Virus record (IMG/VR): IMGVR_UViG_3300047494_000112
Coordinates: 32,001 to 96,000 of that record
Length of the DNA stretch: 64,000 nucleotides
Source of the DNA: a virus
Direction: 5' to 3' (one strand)
Position 1 is the stretch's first letter. Each line of letters begins with the position of its first letter. Made by a program: the position numbers and the translations under genes. Of the stretch, positions 56,548-64,000 are shown piece after piece. The notes beneath the pieces were generated by a model. That model was not told the DNA's origin. It did no database searches and saw only the letters and a list, made by a program, of their open reading frames with translations.

Positions 56548-56618
56548 TTCATCATGGCCGAATAGTAAGGCAATAGCTTTGTAAGCTATGGATGCGGGTG
56601 CGATTCCCGTTGATGTAA
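56548..56618 (+). tRNA. degenerate tRNA-Thr(UGU)-like element
   Basis: ATAGC-TTTGTAA-GCTAT, GCGGG-TGCGATT-CCCGT T arm, one acceptor mismatch, no CCA. Confidence 0.55.
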
Positions 56619-56627
56619 ATATACATA

Positions 56628-56655
56628 GGGGTGGTGGAAGGGTATCCACCACCCC
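56628..56655 (+). terminator. GC-rich 11-bp hairpin, possible terminator or 3' end of the ncRNA
   Basis: GGGGTGGTGGA/TCCACCACCCC; U-tract weak. Confidence 0.5.
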
Positions 56656-56678
56656 GCTTGTGTTTAATGGAGTAAAAA

Positions 56679-56927
56679 ATGAGTCAGCCAAAAACCCCAA
56701 TTAATTCTATACCGCACATGTCTGTTGGTGAGTTATCATTAGTGTTCACTACACTTGGATTATCACCTATTGGTTTAGCTAGAGTTTTGGGTGAAAGACC
56801 AAAGGTTATACTGTCTTGGCTAAAAGGCTCTCCTGTTCCTTTTACGGCAGCCATTTTTATGCGTTTGATGGTACTACATCCTGAAATTCTAGATTGGCGG
56901 AAAGAAGTCGCCTACTACCATTTCTAG
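56679..56927 (+). CDS. XRE-type HTH protein
   Basis: LGLSPIGLARVLG...ILSWLKG..PVP. Confidence 0.75.
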   Translation: MSQPKTPINSIPHMSVGELSLVFTTLGLSPIGLARVLGERPKVILSWLKGSPVPFTAAIFMRLMVLHPEILDWRKEVAYYHF

Positions 56928-56946
56928 CATAAAAACTCCGCAAGAA

Positions 56947-57105
56947 ATGTATGAGCTCTGGAAGGCTTTGATTGAGTTAGCTCATGGCACAAATAACGAT
57001 AAAGCTTTCATGAAAGCTGTTGCCGAATACATGTATCAATACAAACGACTAGACTACAATCAACAAGGCGAAATTTCACATCTAATAAATGAGAATCGAG
57101 CATGA
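56947..57105 (+). CDS. 52-aa hypothetical protein
   Basis: Fills the gap; TGA overlaps the next ATG. Confidence 0.5.
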   Translation: MYELWKALIELAHGTNNDKAFMKAVAEYMYQYKRLDYNQQGEISHLINENRA

Positions 57106-57884
57106 TCAAAATTTGGATAATGTCTGACCTTCATACTGAAATTACTGGACAAGAATTGCCTATCACCGACGTACCTGAATGTGATTATATTGTTATGGCA
57201 GGTGATTTTTCTAGAGCGTCCCTAAACACACTTCGAAATTTGGCAGGATATTTAGGTAACTCTACAGCCGATATTATTTATGTTGCCGGTAATCATGAAC
57301 ACTACAAATCATTCAGGTCTGTACCGGAAGCCATAAAAACTCTTGAGTCAGATTCACGGAATTTCAAATCACTGTATTTTGCTGAAAACAAGACAGTGAC
57401 TTTTTCAGGTATTCGCTTTATCTGTGCTACTTTGTGGACCGACTACAATTTGTACGGTGATCAGAACAATCACATGAATGTTGCCGAGCGTAGTATGAAC
57501 GATTTTAGCTTAATTCAAGGTGAACATTTTCCTTATTTGCGAGCTATAGACTGTATAGATTGGTATCACAAGTCTTATCAGTTTATCAAAGACGAGCTAT
57601 TAAAGTCTTTCGATGGTAAAACTTTAGTAGTCACTCACCATTTGCCTTCAGAAAAATCCATAAATCCTGTGTATGGAAAATCTAGTTTGAATCCTGCCTT
57701 TGCTAGCAATGCAGAAGAGCTAATTGCGTTAGAGCCAGACCTTTGGATTAACGGACATACTCATAGTAGCACCGATTATTATATCGGCAAGACTCGTATC
57801 CTTTGTAATCCACGTGGCTATTTATTTCGTAATGGTGAATACGAGAATAAACAGTGGGATCCTAAACTTGTCGTGGAGATTTAG
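57102..57884 (+). CDS. calcineurin-like metallophosphoesterase
   Basis: SDLH, AGD, GNHE, THH, GHTH, NPRGY. Confidence 0.9.
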   Translation: MIKIWIMSDLHTEITGQELPITDVPECDYIVMAGDFSRASLNTLRNLAGYLGNSTADIIYVAGNHEHYKSFRSVPEAIKTLESDSRNFKSLYFAENKTVTFSGIRFICATLWTDYNLYGDQNNHMNVAERSMNDFSLIQGEHFPYLRAIDCIDWYHKSYQFIKDELLKSFDGKTLVVTHHLPSEKSINPVYGKSSLNPAFASNAEELIALEPDLWINGHTHSSTDYYIGKTRILCNPRGYLFRNGEYENKQWDPKLVVEI

Positions 57885-57944
57885 CATGATTCTAGAAAAG
57901 ACCTATTCAGCTTACAACTGGAAAGAAAAACCTAAACTAGAGTA

Positions 57945-58727
57945 TTGGTGGCCAAAATGAAAGAACAGATATTAACCTCCTTGTACCACATTCAAAAAGA
58001 AAAGGCTGTTCAAATTCTATTTGCAGTAGAAAGTGGCAGTCGTGCTTGGGGCTTTGCTAGCCCTGATAGCGATTGGGATGTCAGGTTTGTTTATGCTAGG
58101 CCTATTCGAGACTATGTTAGATTAAAGCTGATACCTGACCATTTAGATTATCAAGACAAAGAAAATGACATTGATTGCACAGGTTGGGATATTCGTAAAG
58201 CTTTATCTCTTCTGTTAAATGGCAATCACGCAATTCGTGAATGGATTAGGTCTCCTATTGTATATGTAAATTTTGAAGACAGCATTGCTAAATTTTCAGC
58301 AATTGCTGAGAGAACTCACGTTAAAACTCGTCTAATGTACTCGTATCGACACATTTTGATAAAGTGCATTAGAGATTATTTGGACTTGGCTACCGAACAG
58401 GTAAATTTAAAAAAGTATTTTTACGGTATTAGGTCCACCTTGGTGATGAAATGGCTTGAAAGTAACGAAGGATTTGTTCCTCCGATAGAATTGCATCAAT
58501 TACTAACCGAAGTAGATATTAGTAATGAAGTGTTGCAAGAAATTGAGCATTTGTTGGAGTTGAAGCAAAAGAGTTCTGAGTTAGGCTTAGGTGCAAGACT
58601 AAAGGCAGTAGATGAAATGCTGTTTGAATATTCTGGTAAATTGGGAGAGAACGCTGATCCAAAACACAGCCAGGTTTTATTGGATCAAGTTGATGAGCTA
58701 GTGTACACAATTACTAAGAGAGCATAG
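57945..58727 (+). CDS. RlaP-type DNA polymerase beta-superfamily nucleotidyltransferase
   Basis: ESGSRAWGFASPDSDWDVRFVY, GWDIRKAL. Confidence 0.85.
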   Translation: MVAKMKEQILTSLYHIQKEKAVQILFAVESGSRAWGFASPDSDWDVRFVYARPIRDYVRLKLIPDHLDYQDKENDIDCTGWDIRKALSLLLNGNHAIREWIRSPIVYVNFEDSIAKFSAIAERTHVKTRLMYSYRHILIKCIRDYLDLATEQVNLKKYFYGIRSTLVMKWLESNEGFVPPIELHQLLTEVDISNEVLQEIEHLLELKQKSSELGLGARLKAVDEMLFEYSGKLGENADPKHSQVLLDQVDELVYTITKRA

Positions 58728-58735
58728 GTGATAGA

Positions 58736-58963
58736 ATGGACAACTGGCTAATTGCAGTTCTTGCTATTTCTATATTAGCTCTTTCAATAGGAGAGTCTAT
58801 TAATACAGCTAGTGTATCAAGACTTCAAAACGAAATTGACCAGGAAAACAAGCTAGAAACTCTTGTTATTCAATCTTTAAACGATAAAATTAAAATTCAA
58901 AATTCCACAATTGTGGACATGCAAGCTACAATTGCTAGCTTAATTGAACAGCATCAAAAATAA
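58736..58963 (+). CDS. TM-anchored coiled-coil protein
   Basis: N-terminal hydrophobic helix plus heptads. Confidence 0.55.
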   Translation: MDNWLIAVLAISILALSIGESINTASVSRLQNEIDQENKLETLVIQSLNDKIKIQNSTIVDMQATIASLIEQHQK

Positions 58964-58966
58964 ACT

Positions 58967-60583
58967 ATGGCAAAGAGGAAAATGAAATTGACCGTAATTG
59001 AGAAACACAAGGTTGCGATATGGCATGACCATAATCATGATGAGGATTATACAGGATTAAGACTGGCTGTTAAATCTGCTTTTGAAAATGCAATCGCAGC
59101 GGACAAAGTTTTCTTTATGACAGATGCAGATGATTTGTATGGAACATATTTAAAAGCAATACCTGAGGCCGGGCGCAAAGTTCATACCTGTCATGCTTGC
59201 CGTAGATTTATCCAGCAATATGGTGCCTTGGTCCGTGTAAAAGAAGATGGTACCTTGCAATCTGTATTTTGGAATAGTAAGCTAGTGCCTGATTTTTATA
59301 ATGAGATAATTGAACGTCTTCAAAAGAAGGTTGAAAAATCAAAAATCATCAGGCCATTTGTGACTTCAGAAAAAACTTTGGGAACTCCAAAGACAGGCAA
59401 CTGGCATCATTTTGCTGTAGAGATGCCAACTGAGATGGTTTACAAAGGTAAAGTTCTTTCAGCTTTTCAACGTGCAGCTGAAATTAAAGAAAATTATTTA
59501 CAAGTAGAGTCAGCACTAAAGGAGTTCAAAACTCCAATGCTTGATGCTGCTTTATCTTTGTTTACCAGCGAAAGCTTAAATCGCCCTGAAAAGTTTATTG
59601 GTCCGGTCAAATTTTTGCGTGATTTAAAGGACAGACCAAAAGGTAATAAAGGTATCAACCGTTTGTGGAAGGAAGTAGCTATAGCTCCAAATGGTTTTTG
59701 TCATCCTCGTGCGTCTGTTGTAGGCAGCCTGTTGTCTGACTTAGCTGAAGGCAAAGATTTTTTAACTGTTAAGCGTAACTTTGCTTATCAAACAAAATCT
59801 GACAATTATCAGCGAGCAAAGGAAGCACCTTCAGAGGGCAACATTAAAGCTGGAGAAGATATTATCAAGAAGCTAGGTGCTGAAAGATCTCTATATCGTA
59901 GATTTGCTCACATGGGAGATATTTTAAAGTTTACCTGGCAGCCCGCTCAAGAAAAAAGAGCTAAACCCAGCTCAGTATTTGGTGATTTGAAGACACGTAA
60001 GGCTTTAGATACAACTTTATCAGCACCAAAGAGTATAATGACCTGGTACAAATTTTCTAAAGATGTTTTACCTCAAGCACAAAAATTAGAGTTTAAAGCC
60101 CCAAGTCGAGGTAATTACGTTGCGTTGACTACTGCTCTGTATAAAGATGCTCCACCTATCCTTAAATGGGATATGGAAGATAACCGTAATCCTGTTGCCT
60201 TGTATGTTTATACAAACGGATCATATGCTAATGAATGGAGTTTAACAGCTAATGCTTGGGTACAAGTTAAGGCAGTTATTCCTTATCCTACACTTTGGGG
60301 CGACGTGCAATATGATTATCTGGGTAAAGGAGCAATTCTTTTGTTAGAAGGCTGTGTAGATCAAAAAACTCCAAACATGTGCTTGTTCTCTGAAACGCTA
60401 ATAGGTGAATTGTATCCAGCACGTTCTACAATTGAAGCTTTCTCAAATAGCAACTATCTTGCTGGTAAAGACAATGCAGACGCGTGTGGCTATAATTTGA
60501 ATACTTCTGGCTTCATGAATTTAGATGTTCGTGTAACAATTGGTGAAGCTGTCTCAACATATAGAATTGATAGGTGGGACTAA
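58967..60583 (+). CDS. large hypothetical protein with CHACRRF motif
   Basis: 538-aa ORF; no function recognised. Confidence 0.75.
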   Translation: MAKRKMKLTVIEKHKVAIWHDHNHDEDYTGLRLAVKSAFENAIAADKVFFMTDADDLYGTYLKAIPEAGRKVHTCHACRRFIQQYGALVRVKEDGTLQSVFWNSKLVPDFYNEIIERLQKKVEKSKIIRPFVTSEKTLGTPKTGNWHHFAVEMPTEMVYKGKVLSAFQRAAEIKENYLQVESALKEFKTPMLDAALSLFTSESLNRPEKFIGPVKFLRDLKDRPKGNKGINRLWKEVAIAPNGFCHPRASVVGSLLSDLAEGKDFLTVKRNFAYQTKSDNYQRAKEAPSEGNIKAGEDIIKKLGAERSLYRRFAHMGDILKFTWQPAQEKRAKPSSVFGDLKTRKALDTTLSAPKSIMTWYKFSKDVLPQAQKLEFKAPSRGNYVALTTALYKDAPPILKWDMEDNRNPVALYVYTNGSYANEWSLTANAWVQVKAVIPYPTLWGDVQYDYLGKGAILLLEGCVDQKTPNMCLFSETLIGELYPARSTIEAFSNSNYLAGKDNADACGYNLNTSGFMNLDVRVTIGEAVSTYRIDRWD

Positions 60584-60618
60584 TGATGAACATAGGTAAA
60601 TGGCACAGATAAAAAATC

Positions 60619-60852
60619 ATGAGCCTGAAACAATTTGGTCCGGCTAAAGCTACTATAGTTAGAGTTTGGCAAAATTATAGTAATACAAAAATCTATTCTC
60701 CTTTAAGAAACATTAGATTAGTGAATGAATGCCAAAGAAGCCTTGTGCAGCATTGTCATCACTGTGATAAGCGAAAGCGTTTTTACAAGGGAATTAAAGG
60801 ACGTTGTGAAGACTGTTTTAAAGCTTACATGAGAGAAGTTAGGAAAAGATAA
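60619..60852 (+). CDS. small Cys-rich protein
   Basis: CHHC...CEDC. Confidence 0.5.
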   Translation: MSLKQFGPAKATIVRVWQNYSNTKIYSPLRNIRLVNECQRSLVQHCHHCDKRKRFYKGIKGRCEDCFKAYMREVRKR

Positions 60853-60853
60853 T

Positions 60854-61405
60854 ATGGCTGGTTGGAAGATACTAGAAGGAGTCAAAGGCGCAGCATTGTT
60901 CCATAACGAAAAAGATGGAATAGAGAGGCGCCGATCTCTTCATAGAGATTGGTCAAAACCCGGTGAAATTATAATGATGCCTCATCAGCCTACGACCTTA
61001 GTTTCTATAGGGATGAATCCATCAATTGCAACAGGTGAAATAGATGATCCTACAATCAGAAAAGAATATACCTGGGCTAGGTCTTATGCCTGTTATCAAC
61101 GATACACAAAATTTAATGTGTGCGATATGATTACAAGCCATCCCCTTGATATGCTTGAATGCTCAAATCCTAGCAGCAAAGGAAATCATAAATTTATTTT
61201 AGATTCTTTAAAAAATATGCAATCTGATATCGTTTTATCTTGGGGTATATTGCCGAAAGGTTTAGAATACTTGGCTGAAGATTTGCTTTCTGCTCTAAGA
61301 AAGGCTGGTCACACACTTTATTGTTGGAGAATTAACAAAAACGGTTCTCCTGGTCATCCTAGATTTATTAACCTTCCTGATCTAAAAATTCAAAGGTATT
61401 TCTAA
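60854..61405 (+). CDS. DUF1643-family protein
   Basis: GMNPS.A....DDPTIR, LSWG, PGHP. Confidence 0.8.
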   Translation: MAGWKILEGVKGAALFHNEKDGIERRRSLHRDWSKPGEIIMMPHQPTTLVSIGMNPSIATGEIDDPTIRKEYTWARSYACYQRYTKFNVCDMITSHPLDMLECSNPSSKGNHKFILDSLKNMQSDIVLSWGILPKGLEYLAEDLLSALRKAGHTLYCWRINKNGSPGHPRFINLPDLKIQRYF

Positions 61406-61706
61406 TGAAACATTTACATCACTTTATCCGAGGATTTCTAATTCTTTGTATCTTGGCTTTTTTCGTGGTAATTATTGGAATAATTATTCATTATGCTAAA
61501 GCTTTAGGTTGTTGCGTATTAACAGTGCTAGTCATAAGTTATCTTATAGGCTGGATATTTGAACCAGAAGATTAAAAATGTTTTTATGGTTACTATTAAC
61601 GTATTGCTTTGTTAGCTTGATTAGAAAAATGGACCCTGATCGAGCTGTTTTGTTTTTACCTTTTTATATATTTATCTACATTTGGTTAATGATTCGGTTG
61701 TATTAG
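61405..61706 (+). CDS. two small membrane ORFs (61405..61575, 61578..61706)
   Basis: Hydrophobic 56- and 42-aa peptides filling the gap. Confidence 0.5.
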
Positions 61707-61715
61707 GAAATACAG

Positions 61716-62216
61716 ATGAAAAGCTTGCTTGCTACTAAAAAATACCCAAGTTCTTTAATTGAATTTGCTGAAGAGTGTAAAAAAATTATTCATGGATCTT
61801 TTCAATATTTTGCAGCAGATGACTCGACAATTGAATTAGATGCTACAGGCATAAAACAAGCCATTAAAAATGAAGATGAAGATAAAATATTTTCATATTC
61901 AGAAGCTGCATTAATAAAGTGTCAAAGTAAAATTGAAGCAGCTTTAAATGAATTGTTTGAGCCGCCAACATCTGATCTTATCAATAGCTCGCAGGTGTTT
62001 GCTTTATTGTCCATGTTTTTGACAATTTCCTTAAGAGCACAAGATATAGATAAACTTCGAGAGGATATTGCGGAATCTGATATACAAGCGCAAACAAAGC
62101 AAGAAGCTTACCACGCTTTAGTTTTAGGAGTATTAGACACCATTTATAGTTTAGCTATGCCTAAAATAGAAGAAACATCAGATACGGAGATAAAAATTGA
62201 GCGCGTTTTCAATTGA
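61716..62216 (+). CDS. hypothetical protein
   Basis: 166-aa ORF. Confidence 0.6.
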   Translation: MKSLLATKKYPSSLIEFAEECKKIIHGSFQYFAADDSTIELDATGIKQAIKNEDEDKIFSYSEAALIKCQSKIEAALNELFEPPTSDLINSSQVFALLSMFLTISLRAQDIDKLREDIAESDIQAQTKQEAYHALVLGVLDTIYSLAMPKIEETSDTEIKIERVFN

Positions 62217-62913
62217 CCTTACTGTAGATAAACCTTTTTCACTATTTAATGAAATGTTTTGGGCTAATCATAAGCTAATGAGCTATCGTGACTTTATCCT
62301 TGATCAATATACAGAGAAAAATAGATTATATCATGGGCTATACCATATTGCACAAATGTTCCAATGCCATAAGCAAATGACAAAAAATAATCAAAGCTAT
62401 ATTTCTGGCACTAATGTTGATAGAATAATATACGCAATTCTATATCATGATATTGTATATGATGCCAAAGCGCCTTGTAATCAAAATGAAGAGCAATCAG
62501 CAGCTTTGTGGCTAAAACATTTTCATGATCAAGAGGATGAATCTACAGTAGCTGTTGTGCATGAGATGATTACTGCTACATCTGGCCATTTAGCACAACA
62601 TCAATGTGACGACCTGACTAGCTGTTTTCTAGATTTGGACCTGTGTTCTTTAGCTGCTCCGTACAAAGAATTTGAATTGAATAACTGCCTAATTCGATTA
62701 GAGTATTCACATGTACCGGATCTTGATTATCACCGTGCTGATTTTTTGAAGGCTTTGTTAAAGAAACCAAAAATATATAGACACCAAGCCTTTGAATTCT
62801 TTGAACCTATTGCTAGATATAACATTGGCAAGCTATTAGCCACGTACTCTGCAACTCCTAATATTTCATCAGGTTTAGGCTTGCCTATTACAGATAATGT
62901 TCAAGCTTACTAG
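62197..62913 (+). CDS. HD-superfamily metal-dependent hydrolase (COG4339-like)
   Basis: R.YH...HI, YHDIVYD, NEEQSA, FLDLDL. Confidence 0.8.
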   Translation: MSAFSIDLTVDKPFSLFNEMFWANHKLMSYRDFILDQYTEKNRLYHGLYHIAQMFQCHKQMTKNNQSYISGTNVDRIIYAILYHDIVYDAKAPCNQNEEQSAALWLKHFHDQEDESTVAVVHEMITATSGHLAQHQCDDLTSCFLDLDLCSLAAPYKEFELNNCLIRLEYSHVPDLDYHRADFLKALLKKPKIYRHQAFEFFEPIARYNIGKLLATYSATPNISSGLGLPITDNVQAY

Positions 62914-62922
62914 GAAATAAAA

Positions 62923-63387
62923 ATGAAAATCATATATCGTACTGGTAGCCTGCTTGATTTCAAAGGCATGTACATTTGTCATTCTTGCAATATAAAGGGT
63001 GGCTTTAAATCTGGAGTAGCTGGTGTCATACGAAAAGAAATGCCTGAGGTACATGAAGCTTACCTTGAGCTGTTTAATAAAGGCGGCATTAAATTAGGAG
63101 AAGTGCAGTGGGTACAAACCAATTCAGGAAAAGAGGTAGGTAACATGTTTTGCCAGCCTGAATATGGCTATGATGGAAAGCGATATGTTTCATACGATGC
63201 AATAGATGATGCCATTAAACAGATAAATGAAGACTGTGCTGATTTCAAGGTTGCTTTTCCTTTGATTGGCGCGGGTCTTGGAGGAGGCGATTGGAACATC
63301 ATTGAGATGATAATTGAAAGGAATGCTAAACACTTTTCTCCTGTTGTTTATACATTAGATGGAGTTATACCTTATGGCAATGAATAG
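62923..63387 (+). CDS. Macro domain protein (ADP-ribose binding/hydrolase)
   Basis: HSCN..GG..SGVA, FPLIGAGLGGG.W. Confidence 0.88.
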   Translation: MKIIYRTGSLLDFKGMYICHSCNIKGGFKSGVAGVIRKEMPEVHEAYLELFNKGGIKLGEVQWVQTNSGKEVGNMFCQPEYGYDGKRYVSYDAIDDAIKQINEDCADFKVAFPLIGAGLGGGDWNIIEMIIERNAKHFSPVVYTLDGVIPYGNE

Positions 63388-63670
63388 GCTACAGTACCTT
63401 TTAGGTAAACTAGCAGAAGAGTGCAATGAGGTAGGACAACGCTGTTCTAAAGCAATGCAATTTGGTTTAGATGAAGTTCAGGAACTTCAACACCTGACAA
63501 ATAAAGAAAGACTAGAGCTAGAATTTAATGATATTCTAGTCATTGCTTTGCTACTGCATGATGAGTTTGGTTTCAATAATCGGAGACTAACCTCAAGCTA
63601 CATTGAAGTAAAGAAAGCAAAAATTGAGAAATACTACCTCTATTCCAAATCACTAGGAATGGTTGAATAA
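63359..63670 (+). CDS. MazG-like nucleotide pyrophosphohydrolase
   Basis: LAEECNEV...K...FG ... E.ND. Confidence 0.65.
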   Translation: MELYLMAMNRLQYLLGKLAEECNEVGQRCSKAMQFGLDEVQELQHLTNKERLELEFNDILVIALLLHDEFGFNNRRLTSSYIEVKKAKIEKYYLYSKSLGMVE

Positions 63671-63685
63671 TCTAGGATTAGTAAT

Positions 63686-64000
63686 TTGAGACTACCTACA
63701 ACAGATGAGTGGCTTAATAGCAAAACTCTTGAGAAAATTGTGCAAGCTGTACAAGCCACCACAATTATAGCAAAAAAGAAGCATGATTTTCGTGTAAGTT
63801 CATTACCTTACTGTCCTTTGCTTGAATTAGTAGCCAGAAAAGAGCTTGAGCAAACAGAAGAAATGGAATATGACTCTCATTTCTATTTTGCAATCGGTAA
63901 CGCGCTCCATTCGCTCTTTCAGAAATTTTCTAGAGACGCCAAAGGTGTGACCTTAATTGGTGATTGGAAATGCTCAAAGATAATTAGCATCAAACAAGAC
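63686..64000 (+). CDS. Cas4-like/PD-(D/E)XK exonuclease, 3'-truncated by window edge
   Basis: TTG start; RVSSLPYCP ... GNALHSLFQ. Confidence 0.6.
   Translation, partial: MRLPTTDEWLNSKTLEKIVQAVQATTIIAKKKHDFRVSSLPYCPLLELVARKELEQTEEMEYDSHFYFAIGNALHSLFQKFSRDAKGVTLIGDWKCSKIISIKQD

Larger units (their letters stand above)
56241..56655 (+). ncRNA. about 415-nt structured non-coding region containing a circularly permuted tRNA-like fold (56424-56499), YrlA/Y-RNA-like
   Basis: Hairpins 56241-56285 and 56331-56366; T arm, acceptor 3' strand+CCA, linker, acceptor 5' strand, D arm in permuted order; terminal 11-bp stem. Confidence 0.7.

Noticed and set aside
56362-56700. 112-aa minus-strand ORF
   Set aside because: Antisense to the structured RNA and against the local coding strand.
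1-64000. Stop-codon reassignment
   Set aside because: Conserved genes are full length in code 11, and TAA, TAG and TGA all end genes with tight overlaps.
1-64000. Phage-nucleus (chimallin/PhuZ) or multisubunit RNAP lineage
   Set aside because: No such genes are visible here; this says nothing about the rest of the genome.

Overview
A gene-dense, AT-rich 64 kb piece of a large (jumbo-type) tailed dsDNA phage genome, read in standard code 11. Genes run on the minus strand from 1 to about 43.2 kb and on the plus strand from about 43.3 kb to the end. The left arm holds a head-morphogenesis block (terminase large subunit, portal, HK97-type prohead protease) interleaved with about 12 paralogous 24-aa HEAT/LRV-like repeat proteins and candidate host-modifying enzymes (two VIP2-like and two PARP/Tpt1-like ADP-ribosyltransferase domains, SET methyltransferase, SprT protease, 2H phosphoesterase). 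It also carries replication/recombination genes (DnaB helicase, SF2 helicase, SbcC/gp46 ATPase, DnaX-like clamp loader), a solo TnpB, a dead stand-alone Hint domain, a secreted clan-A glycoside hydrolase and RtcB. At the strand switch is an ORF with HUH rolling-circle Rep motifs I-II-III, flanked by two inverted repeats and an AT-rich 56-bp tandem array. The right arm has many small early-type ORFs, a glycosyltransferase/methyltransferase/SpeD cluster, Dps, tRNA-Ser and tRNA-Asn, and a roughly 415-nt structured non-coding region containing a circularly permuted tRNA-like fold with CCA plus a degenerate tRNA-Thr. It ends with a metallophosphoesterase, RlaP nucleotidyltransferase, DUF1643, HD, Macro, MazG-like and a Cas4-like exonuclease fragment. 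The three strongest leads are the modular repeat-protein library, the permuted tRNA-like RNA with its upstream protein, and the HUH Rep/repeat locus. All family calls come from motifs read by eye; no database search was run.
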